In this document: positions 45,601 to 55,640 of the stretch, piece by piece
Position numbering within the stretch: position 1 is the stretch's first letter
Layout: each line of letters begins with the position of its first letter
Virus record (IMG/VR): IMGVR_UViG_3300024331_000007
Location: 256,001-320,000 of that record
Source of the DNA: a virus
Taxonomy: Duplodnaviria; Caudoviricetes
Strand: one strand, 5' to 3'
Length of the DNA: 64,000 nucleotides
Made by a program: the position numbers and the translations under genes
Notes under the pieces: generated by a model
What the model was told of the DNA's origin: nothing
Database searches by the model: none
Seen by the model: the letters and a program-made list of their open reading frames with translations, nothing else

Positions 45601-48600
45601 TTTGGTGCAAACCTACGACTTCACGCAACCAAATACAAAAGAACTACATGTCTATCTGAACAACAATCAGCTTATTATTGGGCGCGATTACACCGTGGCT
45701 GGAAACGTTCTGAGCGTTCTTGCACCATTGAACTTTGGAGATGCTCTTGTAATTTATGAAATTGCAAACACGACAGGTAGCTACATCCCAGCTACTCCAA
45801 CTAAACTAGGATTGGCGCAGGCATATGTTCCGCAGATTTACATGGATTTTACCTATCAAACTCCGCGTCTTGTTTTGCAGGGTCACGATGGTAGCATAAC
45901 AACTTGCTATGGAGACTATCGAGATACATTCTTGCTAGACTACGAACTACGGGTATACAACAATCTAAAGGTTGACAATCAACTTTTATTTGATACTATT
46001 CAATCTCATGTTCCAAACGGTGGAAGATGGAGAAGCGAACAGGCATCCACTAATGCCCTTATTGCTCCATACACACCATCTGAATTGTTGACTATTCAAC
46101 AACGCATGTTCTATGAATGGGCGGCAGAATACAATGTCAGCTACGTCAATAGTTTCTATGATGCTGATGATATGTTCACATGGAACTGGAGCAGCAGTCT
46201 TGACAAACTAAGTGATCACGAGCCGCTATTAGGTTACTGGAGAGGTATATATCGCTGGTTCTATGACACAGAGTACGTTAACACAAAGCCGTGGGAAGCT
46301 CTGGGTCTATCGATCAAGCCTACATGGTGGGATTCTACATACGGCGTTGCTCCATACACAGGAGCTAACTTAGTTCTATGGGAAGATATTGCTCAGGGCA
46401 TCATTCGTGACCCTTCTGGTTTGCGTTTCAGCACATATGGGCCAAAAACATTCGGAGCTAACTCTGTTACCTCTGTAATTCCAGTTGACCCTTCGGGAAA
46501 CTTGCTTGATCCAAACGACAGTGTTGTAGGAGTTCTTAATACGAGTGCCGCTCAAAATGATTTTATTTTTGGTGACGGAGCGCCAGCAGAAGAAGCATGG
46601 AGACGTAGCAGCATATATCCATTTGCTCAGTTGCGAACACAGATTCTACAGAACCCTCTTTTCATGTGTGGAGTTCTATGGAACACAAATAACTATCTTC
46701 CAACAGTCGGACTGAATCAGTTTAGATTTGATGGTAACTTCCTCGGAAGTATCAGCCAAGTCACGCTCAACAGCGTTGATGACAATGGTTCTGCGCTTGT
46801 AAATAGCATTCTGAACTACAGCATTGAATACATGCGCCGAAATGGTCAAGACCCGGCACTACTTCGCACAGCCATCAATAACACAGGTGTACAATTAATG
46901 TATCCGTTGGGTGGATTTTCCGATGCAACCGATTTGATTGCATTTGGATCACCAAACAATCCTACTGACGTAGGTGCAGCAGAGCTAATTCCAGTTCAGG
47001 ATTATACTCTCTTCTTGAATGAGAGCACTCCAACCGGGACTCTAAACTACAGCGGTGTTGTTGTTAATATAACTACCTCGGGCAGTTTTCAAATTTCAGG
47101 TTACAACAAAGTAAATCCATTCTTCACAATATATCCAGCCAATGCAATTGGACCATATGTGCAAATTGGGGTTTCTCCAAATTTCTATCGCTATCCTACT
47201 GCTTTCAGCACAACTCCGCAAGTTGTACCGTACAACACTATATTTTCAGATATTCAAAGCCTAATCAACTTCTTAGCTGGTTATGAAAAGTTTTTGACCA
47301 TAAATGGAATTACATTCACCACAAATACATCGCAAACCCAAGTTGATTGGCAAGCTGCCGCAATTCAGTTCATCAAATGGAGCCTGACAAATTGGGGGAC
47401 CTCCATTCCGCTATCACTGGTATTGAATCCTAGCTCGTCTATTGTTCAGTACAACGCATCCTCTGGTACTCTGGCTAGTTTGACTGATCCCCTATCAAGT
47501 CTTGTACTTGATGTTAACGGCTCTGTTATCACTCAACAGTTCTTAGACGTATTTCGTGATGTTAACTCGGTAACAATTACTCACCAAGGCGGAGGAATCT
47601 TTGCTTGTATCGCCGCTGATATTGTTAGCTTTGAACATCGCGTTGTTTTTGATAACATTACGGCATTTGACGATACTATCTATGATCCTGTTTCTGGAAT
47701 CCGCCAAACTCGTTTGACATTTTCAGGACAGAAAAGCGCAAACTGGAATGGAACGTTGGACAGTCCCGGCTTCCTAATCTGTACTAAATCAGTTCAACAT
47801 TGGAATCCAAACCAAGATTATCTATTTGGTACATTGGTTCAATTCAAGAACAACAATTATGTTGCAACTCAGGATGTAATTGGTGCCGCAACTTTCCAGT
47901 ATGCACAGTTCCAGCTAATTTCAACAGTATTCACGAATAGTATTTTGCCTAATCTATCGTTGAAGGCTCAGGACTATCTACAATCATATAACGTAAACTA
48001 TCGTCCGTTCCTAACTGACCTTGTAAACCTACGCAATAACACAATTGGTTATATTGAACGCGATTGGTTAGCTATTCTTGACATCGACTTAGGGGCGCAA
48101 ACTGCATTTTACAAGGGATGGATCAAAGAAAAGGGAACTCTTAACTCACTTAACAGCTACGGAAGAGGGTCAACACCACAACTGAATACCGTTGTTGCTA
48201 TTAATGAAGAATATGCCATGAAGGTTGGCATATATGGGAGTGACTTGCGCACAGGATATGGTGATGTTAGCTTACCACCAGCAATCAATACTCAGAATCC
48301 TCTTGTAATCGCCTTTGTTTCGTCACCGAACATCAAGGATGCTAACAGTATTCAGGTTACACCAAACAGTTTGTACGAAAAATCTGCAAATTGGACAAAT
48401 GACTTTATTCAGTATTACGGAAATCTTGAATTGGAAACTAGCAGCCTCATAAGTGGTGGTCCTGTAATCCCACAAGAACTAATTAACGCTGCTTCCGCAT
48501 CGATACCCGGCTTCATCAAGACAGATGAACCTGCATTATTCTTTCCAACTGTACCTGATATGATTTTTGGCGTTCAGGAAAGCGTATTAAAGATTGCTGA

Positions 48601-50548
48601 GAATGGTGGTAGTTTCTGGATTGAAAATAACCAGTTAGCGCCCGGTCCTAACCAATGGGATGTTCTCACATTTAGTCCTGTGAGCACAGCTATATCGTCA
48701 ATCACACAGGTAAATTCAAATGCCATCTCCTTTATTCTATCAACTGATATTGGAGCAAAGGCAAATAGTGCAATCGTCATCGACTATACAGATGTTGGTT
48801 CGAATATTTCCATTCGAGGAACATTCCTTGTCAATGATTACTTCATTGCTCCGTTTAGAACAGCAAATACCTCTGGTTATGCAAACCTAATTGTGGCCAC
48901 AACTGCTGGTCAGTTTGGAAATGTGTTCATTACCTATCCAAACCCTGTTCCAACAAGCGACATTTATGTTTCCCGCAGTCTACGTTCCAATAGCATTGCA
49001 GAAGCACCTATTGTTCCTGCCGATTCAACACAATATGTCACAAACGACAAAACAGGCGAGGCCGCTTACAATCTCACTGTACCATATCAGACGGAAATCA
49101 CGTACGCTGACGTATCGGGAAGCATTGCCATCAATTCGATTGCATACGACAGCCCAAATCAGATCATTTGGTGTGGCAAGCCAGCATCGATACCTACAGG
49201 TGTTGTGGAAATGCGCGTTGTTGGGGCTGAACAAGAACCTAGCGGCGAAGTTCTTCCAACCATCAATACTGAAGTTTATGTAATTCAACCTAAGAATCCA
49301 AGTTCTATAAATCTCGGAAACGCGGTTGTTGCCGCAAACAATTTTGCCGCCGTATCAGCAGATGCAAACTCCTTACCGGGACAAATCTACATCTGCGCCA
49401 ACAATCCTCGTCACGCGCCATCCGTGTTGCAGATTCTAAATGCGAATACCGCCGCTCCATATGTTATTACTGACATGGCAATAAGCAGTGATGCAAACTG
49501 GCTCTATGCAGTACAACAACCAACTGGTAACATTGCTCAAATCGCCGTGTTCGCATTGGAATCCAATCCAAATATTGGCCAGCCTTGGTTCCCTGTGTAT
49601 CCAATCGTTTCAACTACTGCCAACACGTCTATTACTGTTGGAGAAATTGTTCCAGATGCATTCTCTGTTACAGTTGAAATTACAGACAATAATGATCTAT
49701 CCAGCCGAGTTTTGATACCGAACTATGAATACACAGTGGCTGGTAATATCATTACTGTAAATGTTGCCGCTGCTGGAACAACTTACATAGGTGATGTTCA
49801 CCATACTACGACTGTAACTGGTCTATCTGAATACTACAAATATCAGGGAACAATAATTACTTCGGCGTATGGCCTTGATTCGTTCAATGCTGCAAGTAAT
49901 TTTGGTGCGTCGATTGCATGTGATGCACTTGGAACAACAATTGCTATTGGTGCACCAGCTAATGGCGGGAATGTTGTGGTGTTTTCTCGTATTACTGAGA
50001 ATCAATATCTACAAACAACAACCAGCATCGTTACGCCTGTCAATCCATTCAGCACTATTACACAGGTAAAGGTAAATGGATTAATCGTATCTCCATCGCT
50101 ATCATTTAGTCCAGCATTACCCGCAGGTACATTGGTTCAGATTGAAGGTTTTTGTTTCAATGTTGAACAGGTAATATCCGCACCAAACCCAACTGACTTA
50201 GGATTTGGCACTAGTGTTGCTATTCAGAATAACCAACTTGTAGTTGGTAGTGTTAACACCGCTGTAGGGAACCAATACAGCAAGGGATCGGCTTATCTTT
50301 ACGCTCTTGACACGTCCGTTACCAGCACAAAGATCATTCCAATTTCGGATTTGACTCTTTCAACCTCGCCATTCATGATAAACAGTTGGGTTATCACTCC
50401 ACTGGATAATACTCTTTCAGGTCTTGTTACCGCCATCAACGCTGGAAGCGGATATACAGGCGTACGTGCTTCTGTTCAAGGAATGAACCTCGTCTTAAAT
50501 ATCAATCCAGCCCTTCACACGTCAGGAGTAGGGTTTTTAGGCGCATAA
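42614..50548 (+). CDS. Very large virion structural protein (baseplate wedge/fibre-associated)
   Basis: 2644 aa; FLP..LQT..N.RF..ATLD.L..P...R.NGFIGR...R.AYQLE N-terminus recalled from jumbo T4-like baseplate proteins; TAAATA at 42583. Confidence 0.7.
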   Translation: MALSNTVNFLPPYLQTVANRRFFGATLDLLVNHPQITRFNGFIGRNVFNGAVLPGNYLLESTPIRSAYQLEAAFITRDNNNNIVEVSNFLDLLNSCANKDAVTNAWNRLLTNNIYSWRGFNNLDKIINYQNYCWIATSGNDWYWKNSILIQPANTVATDILGQVSYTDPTGVELLDGMIISFPITQPAPYNDGAAYIVEGIGQEIALVPVTNILTPTFVQDQNNPPDYLTIERDAADLNLWSRTNLWVHKDTVDSIIQIQSARIPNFDVPTKFTLANRPIIEFESLVLFNSGLVGLPAATYFDNSTTDAFYIVQGQTNFAVDGFQLNTGDSVIFNADHNPDIRDNVYDVNFVDTTRINQIRRLYPVQALSTTNITLAGLQTIDGYVTLQGDRILVLGQIDQSQNGIYLASTIGWTRASDFTGTEQVGVLVLYGTEFKNTYYIYTPATIINNAMVGTLSPTGNAQVYTMPFTPDPNSLMIWDNFPLIPEVGYSVSGDTVTFATAPGIGDTLTYQGWSQGTAPVTTPVSGFLVGIQDGINRVFTVPTPPDDSTLLIWDNFPLVEGVGYTIEGLTVTFDVAPSTTDILFYQAWSKWTLSATIPVIQLVLRNTAQLQNCVLITSGQTFSDKMVVWDGSFWVVASENKSAINQAPLFDVFDLSGNSFGNVSVYPDTSFAGSELFSYEIGSGPNDIVLGFPLTFGPVGNLNDVIFNNNYVTDTFSYTEVTTPQFISDGRAHLVDPLSDVENIFDAWQYVPCNLELYQNILVTGLSTITFAGNLLVKSTPNTQQTQVFVDGTPLAPSNYTVTQANGNITVTLATAIESTNEVVIKILSTTPIPGAWYDVPPAFDHNPLGVMLTTFNMGELRLHAQTEQNNANDTSGIVDLFRNEYAGVPGSILFQEAVSILPTLMLCNKTFDLDQSLRTAGEDYNLFKQRFLNISTQIPNVNNLTVKQAVDQVLQKIAASFITGQPWATSDMCYWGGTPQTISVTNPHLTTFNLVQTYDFTQPNTKELHVYLNNNQLIIGRDYTVAGNVLSVLAPLNFGDALVIYEIANTTGSYIPATPTKLGLAQAYVPQIYMDFTYQTPRLVLQGHDGSITTCYGDYRDTFLLDYELRVYNNLKVDNQLLFDTIQSHVPNGGRWRSEQASTNALIAPYTPSELLTIQQRMFYEWAAEYNVSYVNSFYDADDMFTWNWSSSLDKLSDHEPLLGYWRGIYRWFYDTEYVNTKPWEALGLSIKPTWWDSTYGVAPYTGANLVLWEDIAQGIIRDPSGLRFSTYGPKTFGANSVTSVIPVDPSGNLLDPNDSVVGVLNTSAAQNDFIFGDGAPAEEAWRRSSIYPFAQLRTQILQNPLFMCGVLWNTNNYLPTVGLNQFRFDGNFLGSISQVTLNSVDDNGSALVNSILNYSIEYMRRNGQDPALLRTAINNTGVQLMYPLGGFSDATDLIAFGSPNNPTDVGAAELIPVQDYTLFLNESTPTGTLNYSGVVVNITTSGSFQISGYNKVNPFFTIYPANAIGPYVQIGVSPNFYRYPTAFSTTPQVVPYNTIFSDIQSLINFLAGYEKFLTINGITFTTNTSQTQVDWQAAAIQFIKWSLTNWGTSIPLSLVLNPSSSIVQYNASSGTLASLTDPLSSLVLDVNGSVITQQFLDVFRDVNSVTITHQGGGIFACIAADIVSFEHRVVFDNITAFDDTIYDPVSGIRQTRLTFSGQKSANWNGTLDSPGFLICTKSVQHWNPNQDYLFGTLVQFKNNNYVATQDVIGAATFQYAQFQLISTVFTNSILPNLSLKAQDYLQSYNVNYRPFLTDLVNLRNNTIGYIERDWLAILDIDLGAQTAFYKGWIKEKGTLNSLNSYGRGSTPQLNTVVAINEEYAMKVGIYGSDLRTGYGDVSLPPAINTQNPLVIAFVSSPNIKDANSIQVTPNSLYEKSANWTNDFIQYYGNLELETSSLISGGPVIPQELINAASASIPGFIKTDEPALFFPTVPDMIFGVQESVLKIAENGGSFWIENNQLAPGPNQWDVLTFSPVSTAISSITQVNSNAISFILSTDIGAKANSAIVIDYTDVGSNISIRGTFLVNDYFIAPFRTANTSGYANLIVATTAGQFGNVFITYPNPVPTSDIYVSRSLRSNSIAEAPIVPADSTQYVTNDKTGEAAYNLTVPYQTEITYADVSGSIAINSIAYDSPNQIIWCGKPASIPTGVVEMRVVGAEQEPSGEVLPTINTEVYVIQPKNPSSINLGNAVVAANNFAAVSADANSLPGQIYICANNPRHAPSVLQILNANTAAPYVITDMAISSDANWLYAVQQPTGNIAQIAVFALESNPNIGQPWFPVYPIVSTTANTSITVGEIVPDAFSVTVEITDNNDLSSRVLIPNYEYTVAGNIITVNVAAAGTTYIGDVHHTTTVTGLSEYYKYQGTIITSAYGLDSFNAASNFGASIACDALGTTIAIGAPANGGNVVVFSRITENQYLQTTTSIVTPVNPFSTITQVKVNGLIVSPSLSFSPALPAGTLVQIEGFCFNVEQVISAPNPTDLGFGTSVAIQNNQLVVGSVNTAVGNQYSKGSAYLYALDTSVTSTKIIPISDLTLSTSPFMINSWVITPLDNTLSGLVTAINAGSGYTGVRASVQGMNLVLNINPALHTSGVGFLGA

Positions 50549-50569
50549 ATATTAGAAAGGGAAGGAAAA

Positions 50570-53500
50570 ATGTTTGGTAATAGCCTAAACAGCAAATTTG
50601 TGCTTGTGGATTCTGTATCTGCTACGGACCCCGCTGCCTCAAAATTCGGCCAAAATATTGAATGGCTCGGCACTGACTTGTTTGCTGTCACCAGCAATCT
50701 TACAAACCCTTGGGTTGGTGATGATCTTAGTTTTTCTGATGGAGCCTATTTTGACGGCGGTCATACCCAGTTCGGACAGTTATTTACAACATTCAGCCAA
50801 AAAGTTGATATTTTCCAAGTTCTCGATACAAATAGAACATGGATTAACTCAACGGACGATATCTTAAATCCTGTTCCTGTTGCCACAATTCCTATTACTG
50901 GTGACTCGACTACAGATGTTGTCTATTCTGGTGCAATCGACAATTTATTTGTGTCTGATGCTGGGAATCCTGCCGAAGCTATAAAGATTTTCAATAATCC
51001 TTCCCTTGCACATGGGTGGGCTGTATTTACTGCTCAAGAACAGCGCCTAGATTCAGGAAGCATCAGTCGAGCATGGATTTATGATTCAATCACCAGAATC
51101 AAATTAGCAGACCTTGAGGTTGTTGATCTATATGCTGGCATATTACCGGGAACAATTGCCGCTCAACTCGATTTTGTCTGTGATATTGATCCAGCTATCT
51201 ACAATATCTCTCAATGGATACCGGGAACTTCTTATAAAATTGGTGATCGTGTAATCTATAACGGTCTAACCTATCAAGCCTTGTTTGCTGGCAAGAGCGG
51301 AAGCATGTTTAACACTGCTCTATGGACATTAATTCCCGCTAATACAAATACAAACGCAGAAGGTATCGTTCGGTGGGGTTCAGAACAGGTTGGTAGAACG
51401 TGGTTTAAAACTGCAAAACTAAAGGTCATAAATGCACAGTTGGGCACTCTAACTGAACGAGCACAAAATTGGAATCAATGGTTTCCAAATGTTGCAATTG
51501 AAGTTTATGAATGGGTTAACAGTTCAGTTCCACCATCTCAATATATCAGCAACACAGACAACGGATTTATCCTTGATCCGAATTGTGCGTTTACATTCAA
51601 TCCAGCAACAGCACAATACGGATTCTGGGTTTTTGGTAAGGACACCCTTGGTCCAATTCATAATCAAACAGCAGCACAATTGATCGGTGACATTATAGAT
51701 ATTCCGGGTTCTGGAATACCGATGATCACCGCTATCGATACTAATGCAGTTGCTGTTTGGAATATCAATCAGTTCGTATCTGCCAATACCGTTGTACTTC
51801 ATATTGATTATGTCAACGAGTCTGCCAATAACCAGCTTCATAACGAATTTGCTCTCATCAGCAACGATGGATCAAAGTCATGGTACAAGACCGACATCTA
51901 TCCTAAGTTTGTGGATAGCCTATCGGGCGTGTCTGAAAATAATCAGCTTGTTCCAACCTACACGCTGCCAATTCAGCAACAGGCTGGCATTCTAAACAAT
52001 CCAGTTCAATCGCTGTTTGTTAACCGCGTAACTGCACTTGACATTTATTTCTCAGTCATCAATAAGGAAATTGCTAATCTTGCAATTGCTACATCTGCTG
52101 TAATTTCAGCATTGAGCGCAGAAGACCCTCTACCTACTTCAGGTTTTAATCAGGAAGTTCCAAATCGCGATGTCCTGAATGAACTCGACCCTTCATTGTT
52201 TCCGTCGAATTACCGTATTCTTGTGGACGAAGACGACACTCTCACTCCAGTTCAATGGAGCATTGTTGCAAACGTTGATAATAACTGGCAGATTGTTGAA
52301 CATCAACTTTATAATCTTGTAAATAATTGGGAGTATGCAGACTGGTTCGCGAAAAATTACACCAATGCTACACCAACCTTTATTTTGGAAAATCCCGGCC
52401 AACTATCCCAGATATCATATGTAGCTGGCGACATTATTCAGATCAACAATAACGGAAACGGTAACAAAGTAATCTACCTTGCCGTTATTAATGACATTGA
52501 TCCAGCGGTCACTGAGCTTGATCCTATCTTCATTCAAAACGGAACTATTCAATTCCTACCAAATCTTTATGACTTCTTAGATAGTGGAATTGGTTTTGAC
52601 AATCAGGGATTCGATAGTCAAGGATTCGACAACGATCCTTACATTGCTATTCGTTTAATTACACAAATACTCAACGATACTGTATTTGTTGGAAGCAACA
52701 CTCTTACAGCAGCGGCAGATGATGGGTTCTTTGCAATCCTCAACTACATCTTCTTTGAAAATGAAAATCTCGATTGGTTGTTTAAAACTAGCTTTGTTAC
52801 GGTTGATTACAACAATCGCAATTTGGATGTTCAAGGAACATTCCAGCCTGATAACCAATCTTCAATTGAAGATTTCGTCAGCGAGACATTGCCATTCCAT
52901 ACTCGTGTCCGTGAATTTAGAGACACTTATTCCAGCAACGATTACGCAAATGTTGGAGCAGTTGATTTCGACCTTCCATCTCAATACGATTCAAATTTTG
53001 CTAATATTGTTTTAAACCTTACAGCAAATCCAAAACTGAATATCGATCTTCCCCTTAGTGCATTCAGAAGAAATGTGGGCGTTGCGCTGGATAGTCGTTC
53101 TGTTTATGTAACCAGCAATGGTATTCCTGCTGCACCAACCATGCCTTCATTCATTCAGGATTGGAATTTTGGCATCGTTAAGAAACCAATAACTGAGCCT
53201 ATCAAATATAGTACCGTTCCAAATACACTTGGACCTATCGGTGTTGCTATTGATGGTGTTCCATTCTTTGGACCAAATAGCGGAATTACTGAAACTCTAT
53301 ACCAGTATGGAAATATAAGTGCTCCTTTTGCAAATATTGCCAACTCTGCAACATACACTATCAATAGTGTATTCGCAGCAGAAAATCAGGGCGGCGATCC
53401 CGGTCTCGGTTATACAAACCTAAAAGGTCAATACATATATCAGGCAAATCCTTATGCTATGGCAAATGCCGCTGTTGGTCTACATAGTCCAATTGTCGGC

Positions 53501-55639
53501 TATGCATGGGACGGAAATCCTATTTATGGTCCGTTTGGTTATGCAAATGCAGATGGAACTGGCGGAATCATTCTCAATACCAGTAGCTATCAGCTATCGA
53601 CAACTCCGCGCCTAGATAAAACAGGACAGCCGTTTATCAATGGGTTACAAATGGCGCAGTATGCAGCGCCAAACGGAAACTACATTGAAGATTTTATCTA
53701 TATTCCTAATTCTGGAACACTCGATGAATGTAACGGAAGATTTGTTGTTACCCCGGAATATCCAAACGGCGTTTATGCTTACTTTGCATCAGCTAGTTTT
53801 GAGAATGTAATCTTTATCGATACTGAACTTAACGATGACATCATTACAGAAAATGTAATTAATCTCATTACTGAAAATTCAGCTAATGTTGCATCTCCGC
53901 AACTTCCAGCTTATCCATATGTTATAGGACTAGCATATAATTCTCGACCATTTGGAGTACAATATACTTACATCAACGGCGTTAATACCCCAGTTTACAT
54001 CAATGGAAATGTCACTGTTCCTTTAACTCCATATATTGATACTGTAAATCTAATTCGCACTCCAGACGGCTCAGTTGCTTCTGATCCATTGACTCTATTG
54101 GAACCCGTATACTCTGCGTGGAGTAATAATCACTCATACTCAATAGGCAGTATGATTGTTGAACGTCCCGGTTCTGGATATTTGGAATTGTCATCGGACA
54201 TTATCGTTACACCGACAAACAATGTGGTCGCATCTGTCTCCAGCTTACAATTAGTTTCTGCAAACATTGTAGCTACAGGTAACAATTACTCCATCGGCGA
54301 AAATATCTCTGTAATTGGAGGAATATTTAATAACGTCGCGACTATTCAAGTAACGAATGTAAATGTTGCTGCAAACAATTCCATTGTTAGCTTCATGCTC
54401 AACCCTGTTACCGATGAGGGATACACAATTATTCCTTCTAACATCGCAAACGTAGCAACATCCTCCATTAATGGTAACGGATCAGGTGCTACCTTTAATG
54501 TTGCGTTCGGTCTTGAATCAATTTTTGTTTCAGAAACTGGTAATAACTTTACATCTACACCGTCTGTAACGGTAATCGATTCTAACGCAACCATTCCAGC
54601 AACTGTTTATCCTGTATTGGAAAACAACACAATCCGCAAAATCAATACCACAATGGTATTTGATCGAGTCGAGGCACCTGAGTATCCGGGTGTATTTGTA
54701 AATGCTGGAAACTTCGTTACATCATATCCAGTTCCAACCGGAACGATATTTAATTCCAACGATTCTACTGCTGGTCAAATTTCGTTGAACATCTCATGGC
54801 GTCCTGAGCTAATAAGCGACACCTCTCTAAGTACTGAATACTCCAGATTTGGTAATACTGCTGGTGTTTTCAACAACGAAATTGGTCAGTACATTACGGC
54901 AAACGCAAGCAGCCCTGATCTTGACAAGATTAGCATTAATGCAAATAGCTTCACAGTAGAGTTTTTCATGAACTTCAGCAACTTAGATAATCCAATCGGA
55001 GTCATGGTTGATACTCGCGCAAATGTAGCCAGCGCGAATGGTTTGGTTGTATTCCGTAGTGGTAGCAACCTGTGTGTGGGTTCAAATACAAATGTTGCCA
55101 TTATTTCGACTGGTATTCTTCCATTCACCACAAATGAATGGGAATACATTACCGTACAAGGTAACGGCGGAAACATTTATGCTTATATGAATGGTCAATT
55201 GGTTGGAACTGCAAACATTGCATTCGACTACACTGATCACAATTTGACTTTGGGGGCTGATGTTGCTGGTGGAAATGTCAGCACTGGATATATGGACGAA
55301 ATTCGTTTGACAACCCAACACAATCGCTATGTACCGGGCATCATAAATATTACTGTTCCTACTGCCGCATTCCCACGATCAATCACTGTTGATCCATTCT
55401 TGCTTCCGCAGCATACACCAATTCTATGGGGATTTGAAAACTTTGTTAATGAAAGCGGAACAGACATTACGTTTATATCTGTTAACGCACAAACACTCAT
55501 CAGTGATTTGTCGTGGAATCAAAAGAAGCTGCAACTTGTAAATTACGGAAATGATCTTGTCATTGACGGGTCCACTATCAATGAACTCGAAAATCCTCAG
55601 ACAAGCCAAATTTTAGAAGTACGATTGAATCAAGGATAA
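50570..55639 (+). CDS. Large virion structural protein with YHYH-type and ConA/LamG domains
   Basis: GPIGVAIDGVPFF...HSPIVGYAWDGNPIYGPFGY...GTLDECNGRF..TPEYPNG.YAYF; FTVEFF...EWEYI...GYMDEIRLT. Confidence 0.7.
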   Translation: MFGNSLNSKFVLVDSVSATDPAASKFGQNIEWLGTDLFAVTSNLTNPWVGDDLSFSDGAYFDGGHTQFGQLFTTFSQKVDIFQVLDTNRTWINSTDDILNPVPVATIPITGDSTTDVVYSGAIDNLFVSDAGNPAEAIKIFNNPSLAHGWAVFTAQEQRLDSGSISRAWIYDSITRIKLADLEVVDLYAGILPGTIAAQLDFVCDIDPAIYNISQWIPGTSYKIGDRVIYNGLTYQALFAGKSGSMFNTALWTLIPANTNTNAEGIVRWGSEQVGRTWFKTAKLKVINAQLGTLTERAQNWNQWFPNVAIEVYEWVNSSVPPSQYISNTDNGFILDPNCAFTFNPATAQYGFWVFGKDTLGPIHNQTAAQLIGDIIDIPGSGIPMITAIDTNAVAVWNINQFVSANTVVLHIDYVNESANNQLHNEFALISNDGSKSWYKTDIYPKFVDSLSGVSENNQLVPTYTLPIQQQAGILNNPVQSLFVNRVTALDIYFSVINKEIANLAIATSAVISALSAEDPLPTSGFNQEVPNRDVLNELDPSLFPSNYRILVDEDDTLTPVQWSIVANVDNNWQIVEHQLYNLVNNWEYADWFAKNYTNATPTFILENPGQLSQISYVAGDIIQINNNGNGNKVIYLAVINDIDPAVTELDPIFIQNGTIQFLPNLYDFLDSGIGFDNQGFDSQGFDNDPYIAIRLITQILNDTVFVGSNTLTAAADDGFFAILNYIFFENENLDWLFKTSFVTVDYNNRNLDVQGTFQPDNQSSIEDFVSETLPFHTRVREFRDTYSSNDYANVGAVDFDLPSQYDSNFANIVLNLTANPKLNIDLPLSAFRRNVGVALDSRSVYVTSNGIPAAPTMPSFIQDWNFGIVKKPITEPIKYSTVPNTLGPIGVAIDGVPFFGPNSGITETLYQYGNISAPFANIANSATYTINSVFAAENQGGDPGLGYTNLKGQYIYQANPYAMANAAVGLHSPIVGYAWDGNPIYGPFGYANADGTGGIILNTSSYQLSTTPRLDKTGQPFINGLQMAQYAAPNGNYIEDFIYIPNSGTLDECNGRFVVTPEYPNGVYAYFASASFENVIFIDTELNDDIITENVINLITENSANVASPQLPAYPYVIGLAYNSRPFGVQYTYINGVNTPVYINGNVTVPLTPYIDTVNLIRTPDGSVASDPLTLLEPVYSAWSNNHSYSIGSMIVERPGSGYLELSSDIIVTPTNNVVASVSSLQLVSANIVATGNNYSIGENISVIGGIFNNVATIQVTNVNVAANNSIVSFMLNPVTDEGYTIIPSNIANVATSSINGNGSGATFNVAFGLESIFVSETGNNFTSTPSVTVIDSNATIPATVYPVLENNTIRKINTTMVFDRVEAPEYPGVFVNAGNFVTSYPVPTGTIFNSNDSTAGQISLNISWRPELISDTSLSTEYSRFGNTAGVFNNEIGQYITANASSPDLDKISINANSFTVEFFMNFSNLDNPIGVMVDTRANVASANGLVVFRSGSNLCVGSNTNVAIISTGILPFTTNEWEYITVQGNGGNIYAYMNGQLVGTANIAFDYTDHNLTLGADVAGGNVSTGYMDEIRLTTQHNRYVPGIINITVPTAAFPRSITVDPFLLPQHTPILWGFENFVNESGTDITFISVNAQTLISDLSWNQKKLQLVNYGNDLVIDGSTINELENPQTSQILEVRLNQG

Positions 55640-55640
55640 G

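Noticed and set aside
50546-50572. Stop-codon readthrough fusing the 2644-aa and 1689-aa proteins (same frame, only one TAA between them)
   Set aside because: The spacer contains a late promoter (TAAATA 50546-50551) and a strong SD before ATG 50570, so independent expression is the simpler reading. Proteomics could still test it.
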